A stretch of 64,000 bases of DNA from Octopus vulgaris. Taxonomy: Eukaryota. Positions within the stretch are counted from its first letter, which is position 1, and each line of letters starts with the position of its first letter. Below are positions 27,221-41,689 of the stretch, piece after piece. A program made the position numbers and the translations under genes. The DNA is taken from the NCBI GenBank assembly GCA_951406725.2, contig OX597816.1:82770001-82834000 (forward strand). Reading direction: 5' to 3'. Below the pieces are notes generated by a model. That model worked only from the letters and a program-made list of their open reading frames with translations, did no database searches and was not told the origin of the DNA.

Positions 27221-27670
27221 GAAAGTCGAATCAGTCCTAGTATATTACTATTATTTACTTTTTACGACATTGGTATAGCAAAGCTGACTTCAAAGCGATT
27301 GGAACTCAGGATTGAGAGTGAAGGTGCTAAGAATTATATATTTGAAAAAAATAGCTCAGAGGAGAAATTGAGAGATGGAATTCGCATAAGAAAACACAAT
27401 AGTCAAGTTAGTGTTATCATATTTGAAGTGGTGAGACATAAAAAGTTAAATGCAAAACTTTATTATGAGGCGAGGTTAAGTCAACAACTCACTGGTAATA
27501 TTTTAACATTTTCAACAAATAGGTACGGTTTCAGAATGCAGCATAGACGTTACTGACATATATTTACTCTGGCGAACTAATGTTTCTGCCATCTTCACCG
27601 TACCCCTGAAAGTTAAAACAGTAAACCTGCTATTTCATGAGTCTTGCAGGTTAAAATTAATAGAATTTAC

Positions 27671-27838
27671 CTGTGCAGTTTATTTCAGATTCTGTCCACC
27701 TTCCATTCTGGCATTTAATTTCTTCTCTGATTTTGGTTCCTTTATAACCATCTAGGCAAGATACTTCTAGAATGCCTTCTTTGTCTTCAATTTTAGCATT
27801 TGTTATGTTGGGTTCTTGGCCACACAGGTCAGTAGTAT
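27671..27838 (-). CDS. Sushi/CCP-like exon 3 (absent from ORF track)
   Basis: ctttacttccag|AT...ACA G|GTAAAT, 168 nt, phase 1-1; [56 protein letters not shown]. Confidence 0.88.
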
Positions 27839-28221
27839 CTGGAAGTAAAGAGAAACTTATATATTATGGTGTATTCAATGGTGGAATTAGGGAGGATTCT
27901 AACACGTAGTGAGTATTTCTTATTCAATCAGAAATCCCTCTGATTGACAAACTATTTGCACTAGAAGTGCACTGAAAAGTAAGGAGACTATATCGAAAAA
28001 TGATGTAACAATTTGACCCCCGCTTTTGTTTTAATAAATTACAGAAGCAAGAAGCATGCATGCATATGATTTTTGATTTACCCTCGCACACACACACGTA
28101 CACAAACACACACATATACCTATACATATATATATTTATATGTATATATGATAATATAAATAATATAAGCACACATTATTTACAGTTGATGGATATTTGT
28201 ACTCATCTTGTTTTGTTGTTA

Positions 28222-28265
28222 ACACAACGTTTCGGCTGATATACCCTTCAGCCTTCATCAGGTGT
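28222..28265 (-). ncRNA. Minimal type I hammerhead motif
   Basis: ACAC CTGATGA A GGCTGA-loop-TCAGCC GAAA CG TT GTGT. Confidence 0.7.
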
Positions 28266-28321
28266 CTTGGGGAAACTTCGAACCTGGATTCTCATTCCTA
28301 AGGTATTTTTCGATGTTGTTG

Positions 28322-28377
<56 letters not shown>

Positions 28378-28380
<3 letters not shown>

Positions 28381-28816
28381 TAGTTTTATTTTTATAGCGT
28401 GCTTTCACTTCACTACCGAGCGCAGCTCTGTGTGCCTTGGGTATGTGCTGTGATTTGTTGTGATGCTCTGATGGTTATTGTATGGAAAGTGCTCTGCGTA
28501 GGATGTGTGCAGTGCCTAGTAGTGCAATTTTCTGTATGATATATGTGTTTGTAAGTCCTGGTGTTTTTGTTATGTATTTGTCTGAATATTTTTTTATCAT
28601 GCCTAATGCACCTACTATGATAGGAATTGTTTCTGTTTTCAGATTCCACATTCTAGTTACCTCTATTTCCAGGTCTTTGTATTTTGAGAGTTTCTCCATT
28701 TCTTTTAGAGACACGTTGTCATCTGCGGTATTGATACATCAATTAGATAGCATTTTTTTCTTCATGATCTCTGACAACTATATCTGGTCTGTTGGCCTTA
28801 ATTTCTCTATCTGTGT

Positions 28817-28818
<2 letters not shown>
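28378..28818 (-). mobile_element. 5'-truncated R4/Dong LINE within (TAA)n
   Basis: ANRPDIVV..LIDVSIP..EKLSKYKDLEIEVTRMW..IPIIVGALG..ALLGTAHILRR; TAA repeats on both sides. Confidence 0.85.
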
Positions 28819-28892
<74 letters not shown>

Positions 28893-28897
<5 letters not shown>

Positions 28898-29013
28898 TCC
28901 CTGCTTGGAGTCGAACTCGGAATCTTGGGGTTAGTAGCCCGCGCTCTTAACCACTACGCCATATGAGCGCGGGCTACTAACCCCAAGATTCCGAGTTCAA
29001 TTCCAGGCAGGGA

Positions 29014-29018
<5 letters not shown>
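28893..29018. mobile_element. Inverted pair of short tRNA-derived SINEs with (TAA)n tails
   Basis: Minus copy TGGCGTAGTGGTTAAG..GAGTTCGACTCC; arms 28893-28946 and 28965-29018. Confidence 0.7.
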
Positions 29019-29094
<76 letters not shown>

Positions 29095-29399
29095 CAACAA
29101 CACGTGTGTATGAGTACGCGCATATGTGTGTGTGTGTGTGGGCGCGTGCGTGTATGTAGGTGTGTGTGTATGTATGCGTGTGTGGTGTGTGTGAGAGGTA
29201 TATGTGCATTCGTGGATATGTACGTATGTGTATGTTTGCGTGTATATAGAAATAAAAACAATAAATTATAAAAACGATAAGATATAAAAATTAAGGTTGA
29301 AAGGGAATAAGGAAGTTAATGCAATATAAATGGCGCAATTACAAGCAAAAATGAAAAATAAATTAAAGGTGCTTGTTGCAGGAGATGTAGAGGCAGTCA

Positions 29400-30305
29400 G
29401 TAGGAGGAGGGGGTTGTGTTTATTCCGTAGGAGATAGTTGTTCATAGATTAAAAATATAGCGCTCTTCCTGGCGGAGTCGTGAGTGTGTGGATCCGTCGT
29501 GTAGAGCGAGGCCAAAGACGGAGATGTTAGAGGGGGAATGGTTGGCCAAGCGAAAGTGACGGGCGACGGGGGTGTTTGAGCGTGGACGAACATCCAGTAG
29601 ATGTTCGGTGATGCCCGTCTGACCAACATATAGTTTGTCACAGAGGTTGCATCTAATACAGTATATGAGGCTAGAAGAAGTGCAAGAGAAGGAATTTGTT
29701 ATGCGAAGAGTTTGCTGATTAGAACCAGTGAGAAAAGTAGTGTTAGTGATGAAGGGGCAGGTGTTGCAGCGGGATCTGGAGCACGGGAAGGATCCGGGTG
29801 GGGCTGGGGGTAAGAGGAGAAGGTGCTACGGACCAGAAGATCGCGTAGGTTTCAGGAGGACAAGGGTGGGTTGGGGAATTGCGTAGGTTTAAAGGAGGAC
29901 AAGGGTGGGTTGGGGAAAATGGGGTGGGTGGTGGGATCGAGAAGGAGACGACGGAAGGCCCGTAGTATCCTCCGACGAAGGGGTAGAGTGGAGGGGTGGA
30001 AAAGGAGGAGAAAAAGGTGTGTGGTTAGGGGGTTGGTGAGAGGAAGGAGAAAGGGCGGTGATGCGATCGATTCGACAAGCGCGGTCAAGGGCATTTTGGA
30101 CAAGGGTTGCCTGAACAGGCAGGCAAGGTACTGGGACTGGGTCTCAAAATCCTGGTCCCGGCTACATAAGCGTCGGAGGCAGAGAAACTGGGAGCAGGGG
30201 ATGGCCCGTTTGGTGTGGAAGGGAGGGGAGGAGAAGTTGAAGTAGAGGTGGGAATCTGTGGGTTTGAAGAAGGTGGAGATGGTAAGAGAGTGGGAGGGGT
30301 GGTCA
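29400..30305 (-). mobile_element. Decayed Penelope-like element (RT thumb + GIY-YIG)
   Basis: NFSS..HTKRAIPCSQFL.LRRLCSRDQDF; NLRDLLVRS; LIYCIRCNLCDKLYVGQT..PVARHF. Confidence 0.8.
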
Positions 30306-30311
30306 GTGGTG

Positions 30312-31126
30312 TATATATATATATATATATATATATAAACGGCAGTTTGTCTGTCTGTGTGTCTGTGTGTCTGTCAGGTTGTACCCTCACCCTGAACACG
30401 GCTTTCAACCGATTCTGATGAAACTTGACACACACATAGCCCAATGTCATAATTCAAAACTAACTAAAATTTTGAAAAGTTCACCCAGTTCTGAAAAAAA
30501 TTCGATAAATTCGACATGGGTCGAGAATCTAAGCTTTTTATATGCAACACATTTTCTACAGACTGTCTAGGGGACGCAACTCGACCTTTTTAACTCTCGG
30601 AACACGTGGGATAAGTATCCCAAAATGTATAAAAGTGTACAAAAACGGCAAAAAAGCGGGCAGCAATGTAAGTGACAACAACGAAAAAGTCAAAAGTGAC
30701 CAAACTGAACAAACGAATGGAAAAGGTTTTTTGATGCACACGACAAAAGCGGTTTATAATAAACCAAGAGTTTGCAAGTAGCGTCCGAGGACCCTTATGG
30801 TACGTCAAAAATTTAAGGTAAAACGTTTGGGGTGGTAGTTATAAAGAAAGTGTAAACAAAAAAAAGTATTCGAATAACTTGCGGCTGCAGCAGCTATTAG
30901 CAGAAGTGGCGGTGTTGGGGGTAAAGTCTCGAATGTAATTTCTTCCTGGTAGGAATTGGTTGGGTTGAATTATCGATAGCTGTTTGATAGTTATTTGGGA
31001 GTGAAGAGAAGACATTGCAACCTACACATGCGCCTTCGTTCCCTAGTGGGAAAGGACTAGATTGGGATTAGTCGTTGCCTACTAGGGGCTCTTACATACC
31101 CGGGCAACGCCGGGCTATGCTGCTAG
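30312..31126 (+). mobile_element. Non-autonomous Helitron
   Basis: 3' CCCGGGCAACGCCGGG hairpin + CTAG|T, same type of end as 84-476; 5' end merges into (TA)n. Confidence 0.75.
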
Positions 31127-31146
31127 TATATATATATATATACCTA

Positions 31147-32119
31147 TCTACTACATATGTGGAAAATCGGTGCATTTGTTTGTGGCGTTCTTAGCTAGCT
31201 CCTCCTACATCGCTTTATTGATTTTGATGAAACTTCACACGTGAGAAGAACTCATGTCTGGAAACCTCGTGACATACTTAAATTGTTGAAACAAATCAAT
31301 AATACGGCCCTGCTGGGAAATGTATAACTGCTGCCATTCGCAGAAAAAAACTATTGTCTTGCCGTGAGAAAAGCGCTGTGGAAGTGTTAAGTAAAATTTG
31401 GCAATCGAGGATCGAATCCACGCTATGTCTGCATTAAGCCACTACAAATACGTTGGGGAATAAAGAATTTTAGCGAAGCGATCAATATTTGATTCTCACG
31501 ATCAGCCGACCTAATTTTGCATTTCACTACTTACAGTTTTGAACTGCTAAACATCATTATTGCACTTCCTTAATTTGAATCTTAAACATTAAAGACTTCA
31601 TTCATACATTTCTATACATACATACTTTTCTGAATGCCCATTACTCTGATAATTCTGCATTTTTACAGTTACGTTCTTTCCATGACAGTTGATTAATATT
31701 TTATTCCACAACGTATTTGCAGTGGCTTCATGCAGGCATAGCGTGGATTCGATCCTTGATTGCCAAATTTCATTAACACTTCAGCGGCGCTTTTCTCACA
31801 GTAAAACAATAGTTTTTCTGCGAATGGCAGCAGTTATAAATTTCCCAGCAGTTATACGTTTCCCTAAGCTGAAAATGTCTTTACCTCACGCCAACCTCTC
31901 TCACCAACCTCCGACAAACTTTCTCGGCAACCTCCGAAAACCTCTCTCGTCAACCTCCAACAATCTCTCTCTCCTTCAGCTGAGAGTTTTTTGTACTTTT
32001 TCGTGACGGAAAATACAACTTTTGTGGCAGTTATGGCGAAATTGCTTTCTTATATCAGAGTAATAAGGTGTTCCAATAGAACATATTTACTCCCGGGAAT
32101 TACCGGATACACCGGCTAG
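31147..32119 (+). mobile_element. Second non-autonomous Helitron with internal ~150-bp inverted repeat
   Basis: A|TCTACTA start, CCCGGGAATTACCGG..CTAG|T end; arms ~31311-31465 and ~31697-31849. Confidence 0.65.
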
Positions 32120-33076
<957 letters not shown>

Positions 33077-34176
33077 TCCTTAAATCCTTAAATCCTTAAA
33101 AATGTTTTAGCCCGAAGGCCGCGGCCATGCTGGGGCACCACCGCTGAATGAGCCACACTAGTTTGTGAATCCACCTCTGATACGTGGCACTTGATCAACA
33201 AGGGAGTTCGATGCTGCTGCCCGCATCCGTGTCTCCTGTCGTGAGGTAGGTTCATCTGGGACTCCCAACAAGAAGAGATCCAGTTTAGTTTTAAAGAAAC
33301 CCACATCCACACCATGTAAGTCTCTCAGGCATTTAGGAGGATGTTGAAAAGCTGTGGTCCTCTGAAACCCAAGCTGTTGCAGTATCTGGACCTGTATTTT
33401 GATGGTGATGTTGGAATCCTTGGCACCATGCAGCGGCGCCCTGTTCTGCGGTTGGAGTAACTTTGAATGCCAAAGTTTGGGACAAGACCCTCCAGGATTT
33501 TCCAGATGTATATTACTGCATATCTATCTCCCGCCTCCGCTCCAGGGAGAAGAGGTTTAATACCTTCAGTCTTTCCCAGTAGCTGACATTTTGCATTGAG
33601 ACGATTTTCTTTGTGTAGCTTCTCTGAGTTGCTTCGAGTTCTGCTGTTTGTTTTATATTGTGTGGTGACCAAAGTTGGGAGCAGTAGTCCAAGCGGCTGA
33701 GGACAAATGTTTTCCATAGGACCATCAGTGTCTCCTTCTCTCTTGTTCTGAAAGTTCGGAGAATCCATCCAGCTAGCCGTCTGCATTTTATCACCAGATT
33801 AGCAATATGCATTTGGAAAGATGCATCATTGCTCATGTCAATGCCCAGGTCACGCACTGATTTTGACTCAGGGATTGCAATTCTTCCTGGGCCAGTGTAT
33901 CCAGTCTTCACGTCATTTACCTTTGTGTGCCAGTAGCGCAGGGCCTGGAACTTACCTGCATTAAACTGCATGTTGTTGTCCTCAGCCCACCTGTATATTG
34001 TGTCCAGCTCATGTTGCAGATGCGCAATATTTTCAGGGTTCTGTATTGCGTGGGAGACCTTTGTGTCATCTGCATAGCTAGCAAGGGTGGTCATCGTAGC
34101 AACTGAAGGCATGTCTGAAAGGGCCACTATGAACATCAGTGGCCCCAAGACAGTGCCCTGTGGGACACCGCTTGTT
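33077..34176 (-). mobile_element. 5'-truncated CR1-group LINE (sister family of 45800-51010)
   Basis: [29 protein letters not shown]; frameshift near 33525; (TTTAAGGA)3 tail; (TA)n on both sides. Confidence 0.9.
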
Positions 34177-34221
34177 ATATATATGTATATATATATGTAT
34201 ATATATGTATATATATATGTA

Positions 34222-34261
<40 letters not shown>

Positions 34262-34275
34262 AATATGTATATATG

Positions 34276-34324
<49 letters not shown>

Positions 34325-34353
34325 TTATGTATATATATATATGTATATATGTA

Positions 34354-34482
<129 letters not shown>

Positions 34483-34483
34483 G

Positions 34484-34514
<31 letters not shown>

Positions 34515-34524
34515 GTATATATAT

Positions 34525-35603
34525 CCATTTCCGCCCACCGGTCACTCCTTGCAACACCTATCTGTGTTCGGTTTGTCCTTACACAGAGGCCATCCGGATT
34601 CCCGTTTGCGCCGTGAACAGGAATTAATCTTCTCTCTTCGCTCTTATACGCCATTTGGTCTCAACTCTCCCCCCCTCCTCATCTAACCCCCCCTCTCCCC
34701 CCTCCTCACCTATCCTTTCTCCCCCGACCCCTACTTCTTCAGTCCTTCATCCTTTCACCCCTACTCCCCTTCCCTTCTTCCCTCTTTCTCCCTCCCTCTT
34801 CCCCTTCCCCTCTGCTCCCTCTCTCCCCCTCTCCCTCTTTCCTCCTTCATCCCTCTCCTCCCCTTCCTTCTCCCCCATCCTCTCCTCTTCCCCCTTCTCC
34901 TCCCCCTCTTCTCCTCACTACACCACATGACTTTACACATCACATCACATATGATGTGCCATACTAATACACACACCAACTAATACATACTAATACGTAC
35001 TAATACATACCAGTACATACTAATACTTACACCAACCCTATACATACACACGTCCAGACCCCGCATACGCACTTATACTCTCTCACACACACACACACAC
35101 CTATACATACCAATACGTACTAATACATACTAATACATACTAATACATACACCAACCCCATACATACGCACGTCCAGACCAATCTTACGCACTAATACTC
35201 TCTCATACACACACACACACACACACACACACCCTTATACATACTAATACATACACCAACCCTATACATACACACATCCAGACCCCTCCCACGCACTTTT
35301 AGCTGGTCCCTCAACCCTTTTATCAACCCTATTATCTCCCCTTATTTCGCTCTCGCGTCTCATGTTTGATCTTTGACCTCTGGCCGAAATCAGATCGCCA
35401 TGTTGATTCGTTAGCTACTGCACGCATTTTTTTCTCTCCTTCTTTCTGTGTTTTTCTCTCTCTGTGTATCTTTCTGTTGAAGAGCGTAGGCTCGAAACGT
35501 TAAAGACTTGTTTTATTTATATTTCCTGAGCGCCATACTAATACAATTGTTCGTTTGTTTTCCACCTGCCGTCGTCTTTTGTTTATTTTCATAAAGCTTC
35601 CCT
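34525..35603 (+). mobile_element. 5'-truncated Penelope-like element
   Basis: [33 protein letters not shown] (GIY-YIG C-terminus), then a 3' region with a hammerhead-like motif; flanked by (TA)n. Confidence 0.8.
35469..35506 (+). ncRNA. Hammerhead-like motif with A6U core change
   Basis: TCTTT CTGTTGA A GAGC gtag GCTC GAAA CG TT AAAGA. Confidence 0.55.
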
Positions 35604-35609
35604 ATGTTA

Positions 35610-35876
<267 letters not shown>

Positions 35877-35877
35877 G

Positions 35878-35916
<39 letters not shown>

Positions 35917-36332
35917 GAAAAACCTCATAAGAGAAAAAAATTCGAAAATAATTTTTTCTTTTGAACATATTAATTTATATTATATAGTGGGCATTATTAC
36001 ACATAAATGCCTCACACTAAGAGGGACATAAGTCATTTCTACCAAAAATTTCACTAAATTTCATAAATAAACGACCAACAACGTCGAAGTCGAACAGCCA
36101 ACTATCACGCTATCTACCTGATAATTTCTTGTTAAGATTCCTTATTAAGAAGTTATCCTTAATTGCTAAATTTATTCCAAAAAAATTTTTGGTATCCGAA
36201 ATGCAGTTCGAAAAAGCCCGCCATTTACCGGATACATGATTTATAAACTTCTCCATGTGCTTCGTTGGAGAGAGCAGTTGGCTGTTCGACTTCGACGGTG
36301 TTGGTCGTTTATTTATGATGTGTTCAGAATCA

Positions 36333-36398
36333 GTTCTACCGATGAGCATGGACGCAAATTTTTATGCGGTGAGTGCGAAATCACAGGTGATATAGGAC
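36333..36398 (+). ncRNA. Type I hammerhead motif (U4C variant)
   Basis: GTTCTA CCGATGA GCAT..CGCA-loop-TGCG..GTGC GAAA TCACagGTGA TA TAGGAC; all three stems pair. Confidence 0.7.
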
Positions 36399-36439
36399 TA
36401 AATTCATTTTCTAAATGTCTTGCTTTGAAAAACTGCATT

Positions 36440-38301
36440 GGGGTGTCGGGTAGTTTTTGCCGTCCTCACCATGCCAACACTTGCCCCGCAGGTAGAATTT
36501 ACAGGTTCTTCGGTGCCTTCCTGATTTCTTCTTTCCTGAAGTGTACTGGGTGGCATTGGATCCTCCATGGGGTTCTCTGCAGTTTGTGTGGTGGGTTGGG
36601 GTTTCAGCTTTGGTTGTTTTGCCTTTTCCTCCTTTTCCCTCCTTATTTTTGATTTCGGTCCATCCTTTTTTTCTTCTGTTTTTCTAATGTTTCATTTCTT
36701 TGTAGGACCATTGGTACAGGGGGCTTCTGGTTTCTGCTCCCTTGGCTCCCCTATCCTTCACTACCTGGTCGTTCACCGGGGTAGGTGATCCATTTTCCTG
36801 AGGAACCCCTGGATCACAGAGACTTCCGGCTTCCTTCTCTTTTTCGTCCTCTGCATCCTCATCAGCCTTGCCACAATAATTTTCAATTATTTGATCCAGT
36901 GTTTTGATGTGTGGTCTTATAAGCATGTAAGAGCGGATAAATTCGCCTGTTTTTCGTTCTATTTGGTCAATGCTTCTATGAAATCTATTGTTCTTTAGCG
37001 CGGCAGTGATGATGTTGTTCGGCGGATCGCCACTAGCAATTGTCCATGCTCTTAGCAGAAGATCTAACTCTTTCTTTTCCCACCTTGGTGCCATCTTCGT
37101 TTTGAAGTCCAGAGGGGGAGTAGAGTCTACAGAGGTAATGAGGGATAGAGAGAGGTAGAGACGGAGAAACACAGAGGGGAGAAATAGGGAAAGAGAGAGG
37201 TGCTATGAAAGAAATCAAGAGGGTGATAGGAGGGAAGCAAGAGGGTGTGGTGTGTTAAAGAGATAGAGGAAGGTAGGGGAGGGGGAGAGGAGGGGAATAG
37301 AAGGAGAGACAAAGTGAAGGAGAAGAGGGGAAGAGAAAGAGAGGCAGAGTGAAGGAGAGGAGGGGAAGAGAAAGAGAAACCAGAGGGAGGGAGAGGATAG
37401 CAAGAGAAAGAGAGATAGAGTGAAGGAGAGACAGGATGAAGGATGTGAGAGAGAGGGAGAGACGGAGTGAGAAGAATGGGCGAATGAGAAGTATATGAAA
37501 GAGAGGGTGAGGTGACAAGAGGAGAGGCAGATGTGAGATGGAAAGGAAAGGGAAATGAGAGAAGAGGAGGATATGAAAGGGAGGAGGAGAGATGAGAAAA
37601 AGAGTAAGATATGCAAGAGAGAGGGAAAGGGTAAGCGTAAAGAGAGATAAAGGGAGGGAGAAAAGAGCTGGAAGTGGGGGAATATATGTAAGGGAGGAGA
37701 GAGGAGGTAGAAGAAAGTGAGGAAATGAAGCAATTACAGGAAAATAAACATATGAAAAGAATTTTTAAATGTTGGTTTTATAGAGATGACATTAAAGGTA
37801 GATTGAAAGCGAAACAGAAATTGAAAGAAAGTTATTCTCAGAATATAAACAAAGATGGCGTCGTAAATCGTAACTGAGATGTTAGCTTATATTAAAGGAA
37901 AATAAAGGATTAATAAACAAACTGGAAGCGATACTTATCGTAAACGGTACAGTCCAAACCCTCGTGCTTGTACGAAGAAGTTTTCTTTCACAACAGAAAA
38001 GAAAACAATTCTTTTTCCTTCTTACATTTGGCTGGATATAAATTAAAGACTTGCCACCACGTGCTTTTTCGGTGAAGAATCTAGCATGCGTAACTAACTT
38101 TACTGTATTATATTTGGCTTTAAGCGAAATATATTACGTTTTTAATTAATATATTTTTAATTAATGTATTTTAGTAGATTTTATGAGTTAACACGTTCTA
38201 CGTTTTGTTACTTTTAGTAGATTATTTCGTCGATTTATGGAAACCTTTATTTTTTTTCACAGAGCAAAAGCAAACACGTCCTTCCTCTACGAAAACCGGA
38301 A
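36440..38301 (-). mobile_element. 5' ~1.9 kb of the CR1-group LINE (3'-truncated copy)
   Basis: Near-identical reverse complement of 45800-47700; ORF MAPRWEKKELDLL.. ends at a premature TAG. Confidence 0.9.
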
Positions 38302-38313
38302 ATATATATATAT

Positions 38314-38375
<62 letters not shown>

Positions 38376-38541
38376 CACACACACATATATATATATATGC
38401 CTGTATATATATACACACATACACACATATATATACCTGTATACACACATACACACACACACACACATATATATATACCTGTATATATATATATATATAT
38501 ACCTTTATATATATATACATATATATTTATCTATATATACC

Positions 38542-38579
<38 letters not shown>

Positions 38580-38619
38580 CCTGTATATATATATACATAT
38601 ATATTATATATATATATAC

Positions 38620-38761
<142 letters not shown>

Positions 38762-38783
38762 GTATATAATATATATATGTATA

Positions 38784-38832
<49 letters not shown>

Positions 38833-38857
38833 GTGTATATATATTTATATGTATATA

Positions 38858-38904
<47 letters not shown>

Positions 38905-38911
38905 ATATATG

Positions 38912-38944
<33 letters not shown>

Positions 38945-39081
38945 GTATATATATATGTATATATATATATATATGTATATACACATGTATATATATATAT
39001 GTATATATATATATGTATATATATATGTATATATATATGTATATATATATATGTATGTATATATATATGTATATATGTATG

Positions 39082-39151
<70 letters not shown>

Positions 39152-39250
39152 TCAATATAGGGTGGCAAAAAAAATTTTGTAGAATTCTTTTGCCACCAGC
39201 GGCCTAGTAGGAAAAAATTAAAATAGTCATAGACCATTTTTAAGTTCAAC

Positions 39251-39438
39251 ATCAACAATAAAGGAACGGCCATAATAGGCCATTCACCCACTAGAAATAA
39301 CAGCCTGTAAATGTTTTTTACCCTGTAAATGTTTTTTAAATTTTCTCCTGGTTTACTGAATTAACTTTTATTTGCGGTTGAAGCTTTGGCTGTTATTTCT
39401 AGTGGGTGAATGGCCTATTATGGCCGTTCCTTTATTGT

Positions 39439-39442
<4 letters not shown>
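39251..39442. repeat. 55-bp perfect inverted repeat
   Basis: 39251-39305 versus 39388-39442. Confidence 0.85.
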
Positions 39443-39534
<92 letters not shown>

Positions 39535-39707
39535 TTTTATATATATGTTTATCTATATGTTTCACGTTCTCGATTGTCGGACAGCTTTTGTTATATTTCT
39601 GCTGTTTTTAAATAAAGCATATTACCTTACCTCTGGTATTTGAGTACTCTTTTTCCACCTTGTTTCACATTTATGTGTTTACTCTGGTATATATACCTAT
39701 ATATATA

Positions 39708-39797
<90 letters not shown>

Positions 39798-40377
39798 TAC
39801 TATACATATGTGCATATACATAAATAGAAACAATCTAACATCCAGATTCTCCAACCCATACCAGCACGGGAATGAAACATTGGATTGAAAGAACTGAACA
39901 GCGGTATAGATGTCAATACAATTTTTCTTCTTTCACTCTTCCTTCTTTCTTTCATTCTCTTTTTCATTGACACCTCTTTCAGATACACTAACGCCCCACC
40001 TCCCACCCACATGCGCACATACACGCACACACAAAAAACACATACACACTCTCTCTCAATGGACAATAATAGAAAGAAATCCAGATAAATTTTTTTGAAA
40101 AACAAGACCCCCTCCATGGAGTAGTCACCTGGTTTTACCATTTTTAAAGGACAAGAATTACTTTCTATTGAAAGAACTGACCAGCTGTTCTTTCTCTCGT
40201 CCTTCCTTCTTTCTTTCTTTCCTTCTCTTTTCTATTGATACTCTTTTCAGATACACATGCACCTACACACACGCACACATAAACACACACAGACACACAT
40301 ACACACACACGCACACATAAACACACAAACAGACACACACACGCACACATAAACACACAAATACACACACATACACA

Positions 40378-40446
<69 letters not shown>

Positions 40447-40472
40447 ACCAGACAATGATAAAAAGAAATAGC

Positions 40473-40633
40473 ACAAGGAAAATTCCCCTTCTTCAGTCGC
40501 CATGGTTTCATCTACTCTGCGTTTCGAAGGTGAAGGCAATACGAAAGTTTCTATCGAAGATGCGTATCGCCTTCACCTTCGAAACGCAGAGTAGATGAAA
40601 CCATGGCGACTGAAGAAGGGGAATTTTCCTTGT
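40473..40633. repeat. ~160-bp fold-back palindrome
   Basis: ACAAGGAAAATTCCCCTTCTTCAG...CTGAAGAAGGGGAATTTTCCTTGT. Confidence 0.9.
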
Positions 40634-40824
40634 ATTATTTGTCCTGTACTCTATTTTTTGTTGTTTAAGAAAAATGTCCAGTTCCTTGGTTTTGTGTTTA
40701 TGTTTTCGTTTCTCATTGTGTTCGACGTTTTTTGGTGTCCTGTACCCATATATGCGTGTATATATACATGTAGAGGTAGGTACGTACATATATGTATGTA
40801 TATATGCATATGTTTTATTTATTA

Positions 40825-40922
<98 letters not shown>

Positions 40923-40923
<1 letters not shown>

Positions 40924-41155
40924 TTTCTTTACTACCCACAAGGGGCTAAACATAGAGGGGACAAACAAGGACAGACAAAGGGATTAAGTCGATTACATCG
41001 ACCCCAGTGCGTAACTGGTACTTAATTTATCGACCCCGAAAGGATGAAAGGCAAAGTCGACCTCGGCGGAATTTGAACCCAGAACACTTAACGGCAGACG
41101 AAATACGGCTACGCATTTCGCCCGACGTGCTAACGTTTCTGCCAGCTCGCCGCCT
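40923..41155 (-). mobile_element. Full Deu/Nin-like SINE inside (TA)n
   Basis: GGCGGCGAGCTGGCAGAAACGTTAG head; other copies near 53950-54160 (-), 62790-62995 (+), 63143-63337 (-). Confidence 0.85.
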
Positions 41156-41203
41156 TTGGTATATATATATATATATATGTATGTATATATTTAATATATA
41201 TAC

Positions 41204-41263
<60 letters not shown>

Positions 41264-41271
41264 ATATATAC

Positions 41272-41340
<69 letters not shown>

Positions 41341-41479
41341 TATACATATAAGAGTATATAAGCGCACATATATGCATACATGTATGTACAAGATGCTTTC
41401 TGTCTGTCTGTCTCTTTCTCTCTCCCCCCTCTCTCTCTGAGACACACACACACACGCACAAGCAAACATAAATACTCAC

Positions 41480-41668
41480 CCAGAATTACAGTTTCCTTTC
41501 TTGTGCAGTTTATTTCAGATTCTGTCCATGTCCCATCCTCGCATGTAAGTTCTTCGCTGTGAATGGTTCCTTTATAACCTTCTTTGCAAGTTACTTCTGC
41601 AGTACCATTTTCCATGCTAACAACCTTCGTATTTTCTATAGGAGGAGGTGTTCTGCAAAGTTCTGTAT
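41480..41668 (-). CDS. Sushi/CCP-like exon 2
   Basis: tttcgtttccag|AT...CTG G|GTGAGT, 189 nt, phase 1-1; [39 protein letters not shown]. Confidence 0.88.
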
Positions 41669-41689
41669 CTGGAAACGAAATAAAGACAA

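Noticed and set aside
28893-28962. Genuine tRNA gene
   Set aside because: Has A/B boxes but no proper acceptor stem, and ends in a (TAA)n tail
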